Origin: a bacterium
GTDB taxonomy: Bacteria > Patescibacteriota > Minisyncoccia > Phycocordibacterales > UBA2100
DNA: 64,000 bases
Direction: 5' to 3'
Assembly (NCBI GenBank): GCA_030648265.1
Contig: JAUSHX010000010.1
Span: 26,253 to 90,252 of the forward strand
How positions within the stretch are numbered: position 1 is the stretch's first letter; every line of letters starts with the position of its first letter. Below, piece after piece: positions 28,477 through 38,267 of this stretch. Both the position numbers and the translations under genes were made by a program. The notes under the pieces are model-generated. The model did no database searches. It saw nothing but the letters and a program-made list of their open reading frames with translations, and was not told where the DNA came from.

Positions 28477-30687
28477 CTAGCCGATGAGCGCGAGCGCCTT
28501 TATCAATTCCGCCGACCAGCGGTATATGTTGTAATCGCGCACGGAAGCGCGCATTGTCTTCATGCGGCGATGTTGTTCCGCCTTCGGCATGATAAGCGCG
28601 GCATGGAGCGCGGAAGAAGTTTCCTCGGCGCTGTACGGATTGATAAGAATCGCGCCTTTGAGGTCGCGCGACGCTCCGGCAAACTGGCTCAAAACGAGTA
28701 CGCCCGATTCGTCGCTGCGCGCGGCCGCGAACTCCTTCGCGACCAAGTTCATGCCGTCGTGCAAAGATGTGACGAGGCAAACGTCCGCAAGCTGGTAAAG
28801 GTTTATGAGTTCGTCGTGTGAGTGATTCCGCTTTTCCAGCATAATCGGCTTCCAATCCTTCGCGCCGAATTTCTTATTGATGCGCTCCGCTTCCCCGGTC
28901 ACTTGAGCGGCATACTCGCGGTATTTCTCCACGGACTCGCGGGTCGGCGCCGCGATTTGCAGCATCGTAAGATTGCCCCTGTATTCGGGATGCGCGTCCA
29001 GTAAGAATTCTATCCCCTTGAATCTCTCCAGTATCCCCTTCGTGTAATCAAGCCGGTCCACGCCGAGCACCAAATGCCTGCTTGTGATGCCAAGGTCTTC
29101 CAGAACTTTCCTACTCGGTTCTTTATGCGCTTCGGCGCTCCCCGGAAACGCGATTGAGATGGGAAACGGCCGTATCAGCGTGCGGTACTCGTTTCTGTAT
29201 ATTGAATACTGCTCGTAATCTATGCGCGATTCAATTTCCTTTCCGACCGTGTCAATAAAATTGTTGCAGTACTGTTGCGTGTGGAATCCGATGAGGTCGG
29301 CCCCGAGCATGCCCTGCAGAATCTCTTTTCGCCACGGGCAAATGCTGAATTGCTCCGCGCTCGGCCACGGAATGTGCCAAAAAAGCGACACTTGGGCATC
29401 GGGGCGGCTTTTCTTAATGAGCGCCGGCAAAAGCGCTAGGTGATAGTCCTGAACCAGAATAATCGGCCGTTCAACATTGCGTATTTCATCAAGAACGGTT
29501 TTTGCGAACAGTCCGTTTACCTTGCGGTACTCCCGCCAATCTTCGGCGCGGAAAAGTGGGCGCACGTGCGCCATGTGGCACAGCGGCCAAAGCGCCTCGC
29601 TTGAGAGACCGCTGTAATATCCCCTCACCTCTTTCGGGGTAAGCCAAACGCGCTTCAGAGTGTACTTCGGCTCCTCCGGCGGGACCGCTATTTTGTCGTC
29701 GGCGTCCACGACCGACTTGTCGGCGTCTCCGCTCCCGTGCGCTATCCACGTCCCTCCGCACGCCTCCATCACGGATTCAAGCGCCGTCACGGCGCCTCCC
29801 GCGGGCACGGACCATTTTGTGCCATTTTTAGTTTTCGTGTGCACGTACGGCTCGCGGTTTGAAACGACAAAGATGGGCCGGTCTTTCAGATACATACGAA
29901 TAAATTCTTTCAGGCGTTCCGCTGTCCACGGCGAATCAATTTTCTCAAGGCGCATGCGGGCCTCCTCGCTCGCCGCATGGCGCGCCTGATGCAGGCTTCT
30001 CGCCACTTTTGATATTTCTCCCGCGAGTGGCTCAAAGAAGCTTGAGCTAGGTTCCGCGTCAATGCCGAAATTTCCCCTGCGCGCCGCCTGCAGAGACGCG
30101 ACCATCCTCGTGATGGCCCGGTAAAAAACCAATCGTACAAGAATGAAAATCGCGATGGCGAATATTAAAATCTGGGAAAATCCCCGAAGCAGGTTGTTGC
30201 GCCAGATATCCGATATGCTCTCGTCTATATACGTGGCGTCTTGAGCGACAGCAAGCGCGCCGATGACGCGCCCGTCTTCGTGAAGCGGCGTCACGTGCAC
30301 GTAGTATGTGCCGTCACTGCGGCGCACAAAGCTTCCGCCTGATTCATCACTGTCCATCACCGTCGTTACGAGTTCGCCGCCGTCTTTAGAAATCGGCACG
30401 TTTGCCGACCCGGCGACCATGGCACCCGAGCTGTCAAAAACGCTTAAACCGGCGAGCCGCTCACTGCTGACAAATCTGTCTATAATTCTCTGCACGGTGC
30501 TCGTCGCGCGCGTGTTGTACGCCGGTTCTATGCTTTCCGCGAGGCTGTCGGCCAATACTTGGCTGCGGGATTGCAGGCGCGATGTAAGTTCAATCTGTTC
30601 TTGGCTCGCCTGATTCAAAGAAAAAAGCCCGACAATAAGGCCTACAACGAGAACGACGCCGCCTGTAATGAGGATGACCTGCCGCAT
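28477..30687 (-). CDS. otsA: Trehalose-6-phosphate synthase fused to an N-terminal TM-sensor-TM module
   Basis: GT20 motifs VVSNREP, QDYH, FWHIPWP, GVDRLDYTKG, DGMNLVAKEF. About 260-aa N-terminal extension with two TM helices flanking a Cache-like region. Confidence 0.88.
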   Translation of the reverse strand: MRQVILITGGVVLVVGLIVGLFSLNQASQEQIELTSRLQSRSQVLADSLAESIEPAYNTRATSTVQRIIDRFVSSERLAGLSVFDSSGAMVAGSANVPISKDGGELVTTVMDSDESGGSFVRRSDGTYYVHVTPLHEDGRVIGALAVAQDATYIDESISDIWRNNLLRGFSQILIFAIAIFILVRLVFYRAITRMVASLQAARRGNFGIDAEPSSSFFEPLAGEISKVARSLHQARHAASEEARMRLEKIDSPWTAERLKEFIRMYLKDRPIFVVSNREPYVHTKTKNGTKWSVPAGGAVTALESVMEACGGTWIAHGSGDADKSVVDADDKIAVPPEEPKYTLKRVWLTPKEVRGYYSGLSSEALWPLCHMAHVRPLFRAEDWREYRKVNGLFAKTVLDEIRNVERPIILVQDYHLALLPALIKKSRPDAQVSLFWHIPWPSAEQFSICPWRKEILQGMLGADLIGFHTQQYCNNFIDTVGKEIESRIDYEQYSIYRNEYRTLIRPFPISIAFPGSAEAHKEPSRKVLEDLGITSRHLVLGVDRLDYTKGILERFKGIEFLLDAHPEYRGNLTMLQIAAPTRESVEKYREYAAQVTGEAERINKKFGAKDWKPIMLEKRNHSHDELINLYQLADVCLVTSLHDGMNLVAKEFAAARSDESGVLVLSQFAGASRDLKGAILINPYSAEETSSALHAALIMPKAEQHRRMKTMRASVRDYNIYRWSAELIKALALIG

Positions 30688-30815
30688 CCGGATAATGATA
30701 CCCTTGCCGCCCCTTTAATTCAACTGGCAAAAAACAATGCAATATCGGCTCTGTCGCGTACCGCGCCCCCGATGAATCGTCGGCGACGATTTGGTCTGGA
30801 ATTATTCCCATCGCA

Positions 30816-30849
30816 AACATTCCAACATTCTTGAGAATGTTGGAATGTT
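30816..30849. repeat. Perfect 16-bp inverted repeat
   Basis: AACATTCCAACATTCT-TG-AGAATGTTGGAATGTT. Confidence 0.75.
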
Positions 30850-30885
30850 GCTATCAGACCAGCGACTGCGCGTCAAACCCGCTCC

Positions 30886-33573
30886 TCATGCTATGGCCAT
30901 GGTCTTCCTTCTATTGAAGAATTTGCGTATTTCCTCAACCAGCACGACAGATGCTGCGACTGGCACGATGATCAGCCACTCGGAGAGCTCAAGAGACGTT
31001 GTCTTGAGAAGTCCCTGCATCGTGGGATTATAGACGACGAGAAACTGCAAAGAGATAATAATCGCCGTGGCCGCGAACAAGAATTTGTTGGAGAACGGAT
31101 TTGTTTGGAATATAGATTTTGATTCGTGCCGGCAGTTCCAGGCGTTGAACCAATGCCCGACCGCGAGGGTCGTCAACGCGACCGTCCACGCTTTCACCAT
31201 GTCGGTTTCATAATACAAGCTGAATAACGCGAGCGTTCCAATCGCGAGAGGGGCGGCCATAAGCACAATCCTTTTAATCATGGCTTCGTCTATCAAGTAT
31301 TTTTTCGGCCGCTCAAAATCGCCCTTTAGCAACCCGTCCTCTTTCGGCTCCATGGCGAGCGATACGTCCAAAAACCCGTCGGTGACAAAATTCAGCCAGA
31401 TGATTTGAGCCGCAAGCAACGGAAGAGGAAAGCCGAGAAACAGAGCCCCCGATATGGTTAAGACCTGGCTCAAACTACCCGCAAAGAGATACATGAGTAC
31501 TTTCTTGATGGTTTTGTATATGCTCCTGCCCTCTTCCACGGCCGACACGATGCTCCCGAAATTATCGTCCAGTAGAATAATGTCCGCGGCCTCCTTTGCC
31601 ACCTCGGAGCCGATTTTTCCCATGGCCACTCCGAGGTCGGCGGCGACGAGGGACGGGGCGTCGTTTACTCCGTCTCCGGTCATGGCCACGATTTCCCCCC
31701 GCGCCTTGTATGCTTTTATAATTCTCAATTTATGTTCGGGCGTCACTCGCGCAAACACCGAGGTTTTGGATAATTTTGCGGAAAGCTCGGCATCAGAAAA
31801 AGCGTCAATATCAAGTCCCTCCAGAATGGTGTCTCCTTCTTGATAAATGCCGGCCTCTTTCGCTACCGCTTGAGCCGTGGCTCTGTGGTCTCCCGTAATC
31901 ATCACTACCCTGATGCCGGCGGAGGCGGCTTTTTGCATGGCCTCCGCCACTTCCGGACGAAGCCCGTCTTTCATGCCGAAAAATCCGACAAAGGTAAGGG
32001 ACCCAACGTTTTCGGGTTTGATTATCTCGGGCACCTCGCCGGTTTCAGAGAAAGCGATAACCCGCAACCCTTCCCGCGACAGGGAGAGAAAGACGGCTTC
32101 CAATTCTTGCTTTTCTTCTTTTGACAAAAAGTAGCTTTTTCCGCCGCGCCACACTTTGTGAGAAAGGCGCAAAACCTCTTCCGGCGCGCCAACGACGGTC
32201 AGCATTTTCTGGCCGTCAGTTTTATGAACCATCGCGTGATACTTCAGTTTGTAATCAAAGGGAATCTCGCCGACAGGCGGCGATTCGCGCTCCAAATCGC
32301 CCTTGTTGAATCCAAGTTTCTCGGCGAGCACAAGCATCGCCGCTTCGGTCGGGTCGCCGGCAACGCGCCACGCCTTTTCTTCTTCCGAAAACATCACGCG
32401 GGCGCTGGCGCAAAAAGCCGCGATTTTCCCCGCGAAAAGCAGTTCCTGGTGATTGGCCGGGTCAATCACGCTGTTATGCAGTTGAATCTCTCCTTTCGGC
32501 TCATAACCGACGCCGCCGACCTCAAAAAATTTCCCGTCTATATATACCCTTTGAATCACCATCTCATTTTTTGTAATGGTGCCTGTCTTGTCCACGGCAA
32601 TTACCCGCGCTTGTCCCAGTGCTTCCACGGCCTGGAGCTTTTTTACCAATGCATTGCGTTTTGACATTCTCCACACGCCGGTTGCCAAAACAAGAGTCAT
32701 CACAATCGGGAGTCCTTCAGGAATTATTGACACGGAAAGCGAGACCACGGTAGTGAACATTTCTTTTATTGATTTCCCGTACAAGATGCCGATGAGAAAC
32801 AGCGTGGTGCTTATGCCCGCGGTAGCGATGACGATAAGCCGTGAAAGATCCCGCACATTGGTTTTTAGGGGGATTTCGGTATCAATCGCCCCGATTTCTT
32901 TGGAAATTTTGCCGATGACCGTATCAAGGCCGATTTCCGTCACAATCGCCCTCCCGTTTCCGGCAAGAACGTGCGTCCCTTTAAATACCATGTTTTTTTG
33001 CTCTGCGGTTGCGCGGCCGGCCGTCTCAAGGGCATCGGGAATTTTGCGCACCGGTTCTGATTCTCCGGTAAGAGCCGCCTCGTCAACTTTGAGATTCGTA
33101 GCCGCAATAACTCGCGCGTCCGCCGGGACTTTCTCGCCCTCCTGAAGAATTATGATGTCTCCGGGCACCGTTTCGCTATCGGCAACGATGAGCTCGTTTC
33201 CCCCGCGCAGAACTGTCGCTTTTGTTTCAACAAACTTCTTGAGCGCGAGAAGCGTGTTTTGCGCTTTGCCCTCCTGAATTGTCCCGACAGCGGCATTGAA
33301 AAGAAGCACGGCAAAAATAATAAGACCGTCCACAGTTTCCCCAATGGCAAATATGACCGCCGCGGCGGCAAGGAGAATGTAAATCAGGGGACTCTGGAAT
33401 TGACGGAGGAAAATAACGGGCACACTGTCCGCCGTGCCTTCCGGCAGCTTGTTTGGGCCGTATTCCCTTAGACGGCGCTCCGCTTCTTCTTTCGTTAAAC
33501 CGCGTTCGTGCGAGCGCAGCGCCGCAAGAACTTCGGCGGTTGTTTGGGTATACAATGGAATTTGTCGTGTCAT
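30886..33573 (-). CDS. Cation-transporting P-type ATPase (P2A, Ca2+-type)
   Basis: LTGES, IPEGLP, DKTGTIT, GDPTE, MITGD, TGDGVNDAP. Confidence 0.93.
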   Translation of the reverse strand: MTRQIPLYTQTTAEVLAALRSHERGLTKEEAERRLREYGPNKLPEGTADSVPVIFLRQFQSPLIYILLAAAAVIFAIGETVDGLIIFAVLLFNAAVGTIQEGKAQNTLLALKKFVETKATVLRGGNELIVADSETVPGDIIILQEGEKVPADARVIAATNLKVDEAALTGESEPVRKIPDALETAGRATAEQKNMVFKGTHVLAGNGRAIVTEIGLDTVIGKISKEIGAIDTEIPLKTNVRDLSRLIVIATAGISTTLFLIGILYGKSIKEMFTTVVSLSVSIIPEGLPIVMTLVLATGVWRMSKRNALVKKLQAVEALGQARVIAVDKTGTITKNEMVIQRVYIDGKFFEVGGVGYEPKGEIQLHNSVIDPANHQELLFAGKIAAFCASARVMFSEEEKAWRVAGDPTEAAMLVLAEKLGFNKGDLERESPPVGEIPFDYKLKYHAMVHKTDGQKMLTVVGAPEEVLRLSHKVWRGGKSYFLSKEEKQELEAVFLSLSREGLRVIAFSETGEVPEIIKPENVGSLTFVGFFGMKDGLRPEVAEAMQKAASAGIRVVMITGDHRATAQAVAKEAGIYQEGDTILEGLDIDAFSDAELSAKLSKTSVFARVTPEHKLRIIKAYKARGEIVAMTGDGVNDAPSLVAADLGVAMGKIGSEVAKEAADIILLDDNFGSIVSAVEEGRSIYKTIKKVLMYLFAGSLSQVLTISGALFLGFPLPLLAAQIIWLNFVTDGFLDVSLAMEPKEDGLLKGDFERPKKYLIDEAMIKRIVLMAAPLAIGTLALFSLYYETDMVKAWTVALTTLAVGHWFNAWNCRHESKSIFQTNPFSNKFLFAATAIIISLQFLVVYNPTMQGLLKTTSLELSEWLIIVPVAASVVLVEEIRKFFNRRKTMAIA

Positions 33574-33800
33574 GGGTTATTTAATCAAATCGTCGGTTCT
33601 CCAAGAATCAGATTCCGCCGGACAATCAATTTCCCCGCGGCAAGACGCGGGGAAATGCCTGCGGCGGGCCACGGGAGAATACCTGCGGCTATTATATATT
33701 ATCCGCGCGTTGCACTCGGCCCGGAGTTTTTTACGAGGCAAGGAATGAGCGCATAGGAATATTTTAAGATCTTAGAAAATGCCGTGTCCCGCCCGCCACG

Positions 33801-34364
33801 TCATAGTGTTTTGGCGATTGACCCTATCAATAAAATGCCGATGCAGTTGAATGTAAAGGAGAGAGGAATAAACCAGGACATTTTCATTTTTGAGAAGCCC
33901 AAAAGGCTGATTCCCAACTCGTCGGGAAGTGGAGAGGCGATAATTAAACCGCCGACAACGAATGTAAACCATCTGAAGAACCGTAGGTGGAGGAGTGTGC
34001 TTACTCTTCTCCCCGCTCTCCGGTGCCCGACGAGCTCCATCAGGTGCTCTGAAAACCTGTCCCGGATAAACCGGAAAATTATCAAGTCTCCGAGTACAGC
34101 CCCCATTGCTCCGAAAATGGCCGTCAGAAACACCGAGTTGGCCTGGGCAATCTCGCCTAGAGCGACTATTGCCGGAGCAGTTGTAAAAACTGAAGTGAAA
34201 AACATCCCTGCGATAAAGCTTCCCAGTAACTCCCGTTCATGGGTAGCGGTTAGTATATTTACTAAGACTTCTGTTTTTACCAAAATTACAGCGATAAGAA
34301 CGCTGAATGCGATGATAGATATATCCCGTAGAAAGAAATTGTTCTTGCGTTTCCTTGTTTTCAT
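33801..34364 (-). CDS. Hypothetical membrane protein
   Basis: Multiple TM segments with an ASPLPDELG motif. Probable ATG at 34364. Confidence 0.7.
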   Translation of the reverse strand: MKTRKRKNNFFLRDISIIAFSVLIAVILVKTEVLVNILTATHERELLGSFIAGMFFTSVFTTAPAIVALGEIAQANSVFLTAIFGAMGAVLGDLIIFRFIRDRFSEHLMELVGHRRAGRRVSTLLHLRFFRWFTFVVGGLIIASPLPDELGISLLGFSKMKMSWFIPLSFTFNCIGILLIGSIAKTL

Positions 34365-34388
34365 TTGAGTACAATGACCCGAGTACAT

Positions 34389-34450
34389 GTATTTTGTATC
34401 TCGTATTTTGTATTTAGTATGAATACAAGATACCAAATACCATATACTAC
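34389..34450. repeat. Degenerate 7-mer tandem repeats (GTATTTT-like) followed by inverted copies
   Basis: GTATTTT GTATCTC GTATTTT GTATTTA GTATG, then AATACAA GATACCA AATACCA TATAC. Confidence 0.6.
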
Positions 34451-35718
34451 ATACTTTTTATTATTTCTACTGCTTTATCCATCTGTGGGTCATTCTTCGC
34501 TTTTACATCTTCCTCCGTCATCTTGACCTCCACATCGGGCACAATGCCGGTATTCGGGATTTGCTTTCCATCGGGTCCGAGCCATCGTGCAATCGTCAGT
34601 TTCAACGCCGTATCAGATGTTATGTCCACAAGTTCTTGCACGGAGCCCTTGCCGAATGTCGTTTCTCCAACAAGTTTTGCTTTTCCATAATACCGCAGCG
34701 CGTCGGCAAGAATCTCGGAAGCTGAAGCCGAGCCGTGGTCAACAAGAATAACCATTTTTAGATTCTGGTTGAAAATGTCATACCCACGGGAACGATGCAC
34801 GATATTTTGCGCATGGCCAGCATAATCTTCCGTGACTACCACCTTCCCCGCAGGCAAAAACCAACTTGCCATATCCACCGCGGCGTCTAAATATCCGCCT
34901 GGGTTTCCGCGCAAATCAAGAATAAGTTTAGTATCCCCCGATTTGATTAAATCGCGCAGGCCATTTCTGAAAAGGTCGGACGAATTTGCCGTAAAACTCA
35001 TCAGCGAGATGACAAAGACTCCGCCTGGAAGCTCTTTTGTCGTAATGGTCGGAACATCGATGACACCACGCGTCACTTTTATATCTCTTGGCGTAGTCCA
35101 ACCGTCGCGAAGGATTGTCAGAGCAACACTGCTCCCGCCAGGTCCGCGGATCTTCTTCACCGCGGTTGTGATATCCATGCCGTGCGTATCAGTACCGTTT
35201 ATTTTCAAAACCTTATCTCCGCTTTTAATCCCGGCTCTTTCGGCCGGAGACCCTTTTAGAGGCGAGACAACAGTAAGCACTTGGTCGCGCACGGCGATTT
35301 CCATTCCGACACCTTCAAAACTGCCGCTCATGTCGTCAGAAAAGAGCTTGTTATCGCTCGGTGGAAGGAAATATGTATACGGATCATTAAGAGATCCTGC
35401 AAGGCCCGTTATCATCCCCCATACGCGTTCCTGATTTAATTCCGATGTGCTTGTTGCCATCGGCGTGCTTGTAGATACCGCCGCCGGAACAAATTTCTCA
35501 TTGATGATGTTCCATGCCTTCCAAACGGGTGAAAAATCCACATCGGCAGGCTGTGTTCCGGAGGCGGTCAGTTGAGAGGCGATTGACGCGGGAATGTAAG
35601 CGGAAAGCATCCCGCGTATACCGATGGCGTACCCTAAGAGCGCGCACACCACTCCAAGCGCCAGAGCGCCAATGACGGCATTCCGCATGCTTGGAGATTT
35701 ACTGTGCTCTTCCCACAT
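34447..35718 (-). CDS. C-terminal processing peptidase (S41A, CtpA-like)
   Basis: DPYT, PDZ domain (GSPA..AGIK.GD), DLRGNPGG, SASASEI, TFGKGSVQ. Confidence 0.93.
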   Translation of the reverse strand: MWEEHSKSPSMRNAVIGALALGVVCALLGYAIGIRGMLSAYIPASIASQLTASGTQPADVDFSPVWKAWNIINEKFVPAAVSTSTPMATSTSELNQERVWGMITGLAGSLNDPYTYFLPPSDNKLFSDDMSGSFEGVGMEIAVRDQVLTVVSPLKGSPAERAGIKSGDKVLKINGTDTHGMDITTAVKKIRGPGGSSVALTILRDGWTTPRDIKVTRGVIDVPTITTKELPGGVFVISLMSFTANSSDLFRNGLRDLIKSGDTKLILDLRGNPGGYLDAAVDMASWFLPAGKVVVTEDYAGHAQNIVHRSRGYDIFNQNLKMVILVDHGSASASEILADALRYYGKAKLVGETTFGKGSVQELVDITSDTALKLTIARWLGPDGKQIPNTGIVPDVEVKMTEEDVKAKNDPQMDKAVEIIKSM

Positions 35719-35802
35719 TGGGAGGATTATCGCACATTACGATTCAACCCCAAAGTTGCATTGGTATACACCTACCCTGCGCGGATACGTTATAATACGG
35801 CG

Positions 35803-36714
35803 ATGCGCACGAACTATGAGCATAATGGGGTACTCTGGATAGACCTTGAATCTCCGACACAAGACGAAATAAAAGCAATCGTAGACCAGTTCGGAATCAC
35901 GACGATAGTCGCGGAGGAATTGCTGCTACCCTCAACAAAACCACGCGCGGAACTCTATCCGACATTCGCATACATAGTTCTTCACTTCCCGTCTCTGCGC
36001 CGCGCACATAAATCAGTGGAGCAGGAAGTTGATTTCGTGGTCGGCCGCAACTTTATAATCACCGCCCACTACGACATCATTGACCCCCTTCATAAATTCT
36101 CAAAAATCTTTGAGGTCAACTCTATATTGGACAAAAGCAATATGGGAAACCATGCGGGGTTCTTCTTCTTTTACATGCTCAAAAAGCTATATAAAGGAGT
36201 TGAGTACGAGGTGGAGCGCGTCCGGCATCATTTGAGCACGATAGAAGGCGATATTTTTTCCGGCCACGAGGTGGGTATGGTTGAGGCCATATCCAATACC
36301 TCGCGCGACCTCCTGAATCTCCGGCAAACGATAGAACCACACCGGGAGATTCTGCACACCATTGAATCGGAGGGTGCAAAATTGTTCGGCGATGATTTCG
36401 CGCCGTATTTGCGAGCGCTGTCCAATGAATACTACCGGGTTCACAACCACATCATGCGCAACACGGAATCGCTCCACGAACTGCGGGAAACCAATAATTC
36501 GCTCCTCTCAACCAAGGAAAATGAGACGATGCGGGTTCTTACCATCATGGCGCTCCTTACCTTCCCTCTTGCGTTAGTAGTGGCGATTCTGGGGCTTGAC
36601 AGCCCCTACAATCCCATACACGGACAACCCTATGATTTTTGGATAATCGTCGGCATCGTCGTTGTACTCGGTACATGCATGGTCACTTACTTCAAGCACA
36701 AAAACTGGTTTTAG
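35803..36714 (+). CDS. CorA-family divalent cation transporter
   Basis: WIDL..PT, long cytoplasmic domain, NE.MRVLT plus two TMs; the canonical GMN is altered (GLD). ATG 35803 follows TATAAT at 35791. Confidence 0.82.
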   Translation: MRTNYEHNGVLWIDLESPTQDEIKAIVDQFGITTIVAEELLLPSTKPRAELYPTFAYIVLHFPSLRRAHKSVEQEVDFVVGRNFIITAHYDIIDPLHKFSKIFEVNSILDKSNMGNHAGFFFFYMLKKLYKGVEYEVERVRHHLSTIEGDIFSGHEVGMVEAISNTSRDLLNLRQTIEPHREILHTIESEGAKLFGDDFAPYLRALSNEYYRVHNHIMRNTESLHELRETNNSLLSTKENETMRVLTIMALLTFPLALVVAILGLDSPYNPIHGQPYDFWIIVGIVVVLGTCMVTYFKHKNWF

Positions 36715-36724
36715 TGTAATAGGT

Positions 36725-38260
36725 ATGCGTATCCCCTTCTGGCACACACTGCGGTACAGTTTTGGGCGCAAGACGCCGGTATTTCTGTACAACACATTGG
36801 GGGCGGAGAAACAGGAGTTTACGCTTCCAGCATCGGCAAAAACCGTCCGGATGTACAACTGCGGGCCGACCGTGTACGACACCCAGCATATCGGGAACCT
36901 GTCAATGTTCGTGTTTACCGACACTATTCGGAAAGTTCTTGAGTATAATAATTTCAAGGTAAAACAGGTCATCAACATAACCGACGTCGGACACCTCACA
37001 TCAGACAGCGACGAAGGTGAAGACAAAATGACGAAGGGGCTTGAGCGCGAAGGACGCGAACTGACGCTTCAAAACATGTTGGAGCTCGGCGAGCGGTATA
37101 CGAACACCTTTTTGGGAAATCTGCGGGAACTGAATATCAATACTGAACACATTATTTTTCCAAGAGCGAGCGGATATGTTCCCGCCCAAATCGCTATGGT
37201 TGCAACGCTCGTAGAGAAAGGATTCGCATATAAAGCCCCAGACGGAATATATTTCGACACAGCCCGATATCCCGCATACGGGGCTCTCGGCGGAATACAA
37301 GAGAATGCCCACAGTGAGGGCGCGCGGGTTGCCGCAAACAAGCACAAGCACAGCCAGGCAGATTTTGCCTTGTGGAAATTCTCCGCCTCCTCCAAGGGAG
37401 GATCGTCCTCCGGAGGAAAAGGCGGACCCGCCTCGGGCGGAAATATACTCGGCTGGGACAGTCCGTGGGGAAAGGGTTTCCCCGGGTGGCACATTGAATG
37501 TTCGGCTATGGCCCGTGCGGTTCTCGGAGAACAGATTGATATTCATACCGGCGGAATTGAGCACATACCGATACACCACAACAACGAGATAGCACAGTCG
37601 GAGTGTGCGACGGGGCGGAAACCTTTTTCCCGTTTTTGGATCCATCGCGCCCATATACAGATAGAAAGCAAAAAGATAGCCAAGTCTGTTGGAAACGTCA
37701 TATATCTTTCCGACATAATCGCACGCGGGTTCCACCCCATCTCCTTCCGCTACCTTCTTTTGGGGGCACATTACAGGACACCGCTTAATTTCAGCTGGGA
37801 AGCGCTTAGTGCGGCGGAAAAGGCATATTTGCGTTTGCGCTTAATGACCGACAATTATCCCGCCGGTGGCGAAATACATCTGCAATACCAAAAACGTATG
37901 CGGAAACGATTTAACGATGATTTGGACACTGCCGGTGCTCTCGGCGTTTTGTGGGAAATGGTCAGAGACAATACTCTTTCTCATGCGCAGATACGCGCCG
38001 GCATTATGGATGCCGATAAAGTGCTTGGACTGAACCTTGGGAGTATTGATGAGAAAGCTACGGCGGCTTGCATAAAACAATTCGGAAAGAAAGTGGAACT
38101 CGCTCACTTGCCTGATAACGTGCAAGCTATGATAGATGAGAGAAATATCGCACGAGCGGAAAAGAGCTGGGAACAAGCTGACCTTTTGCGCAAGAATCTT
38201 GAAGGAATGGGGTATATTCTGGAAGATTCCGCTAAAGAAACTACTATTTTTAGGAAGTGA
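36725..38260 (+). CDS. cysS: Cysteine--tRNA ligase
   Basis: CGPTVY..HIGN, NITDVGH, DFALWK, GFPGWHIECSAM, HH.NE.AQ, KIAKS. Confidence 0.96.
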   Translation: MRIPFWHTLRYSFGRKTPVFLYNTLGAEKQEFTLPASAKTVRMYNCGPTVYDTQHIGNLSMFVFTDTIRKVLEYNNFKVKQVINITDVGHLTSDSDEGEDKMTKGLEREGRELTLQNMLELGERYTNTFLGNLRELNINTEHIIFPRASGYVPAQIAMVATLVEKGFAYKAPDGIYFDTARYPAYGALGGIQENAHSEGARVAANKHKHSQADFALWKFSASSKGGSSSGGKGGPASGGNILGWDSPWGKGFPGWHIECSAMARAVLGEQIDIHTGGIEHIPIHHNNEIAQSECATGRKPFSRFWIHRAHIQIESKKIAKSVGNVIYLSDIIARGFHPISFRYLLLGAHYRTPLNFSWEALSAAEKAYLRLRLMTDNYPAGGEIHLQYQKRMRKRFNDDLDTAGALGVLWEMVRDNTLSHAQIRAGIMDADKVLGLNLGSIDEKATAACIKQFGKKVELAHLPDNVQAMIDERNIARAEKSWEQADLLRKNLEGMGYILEDSAKETTIFRK

Positions 38261-38267
38261 TGCTTAA

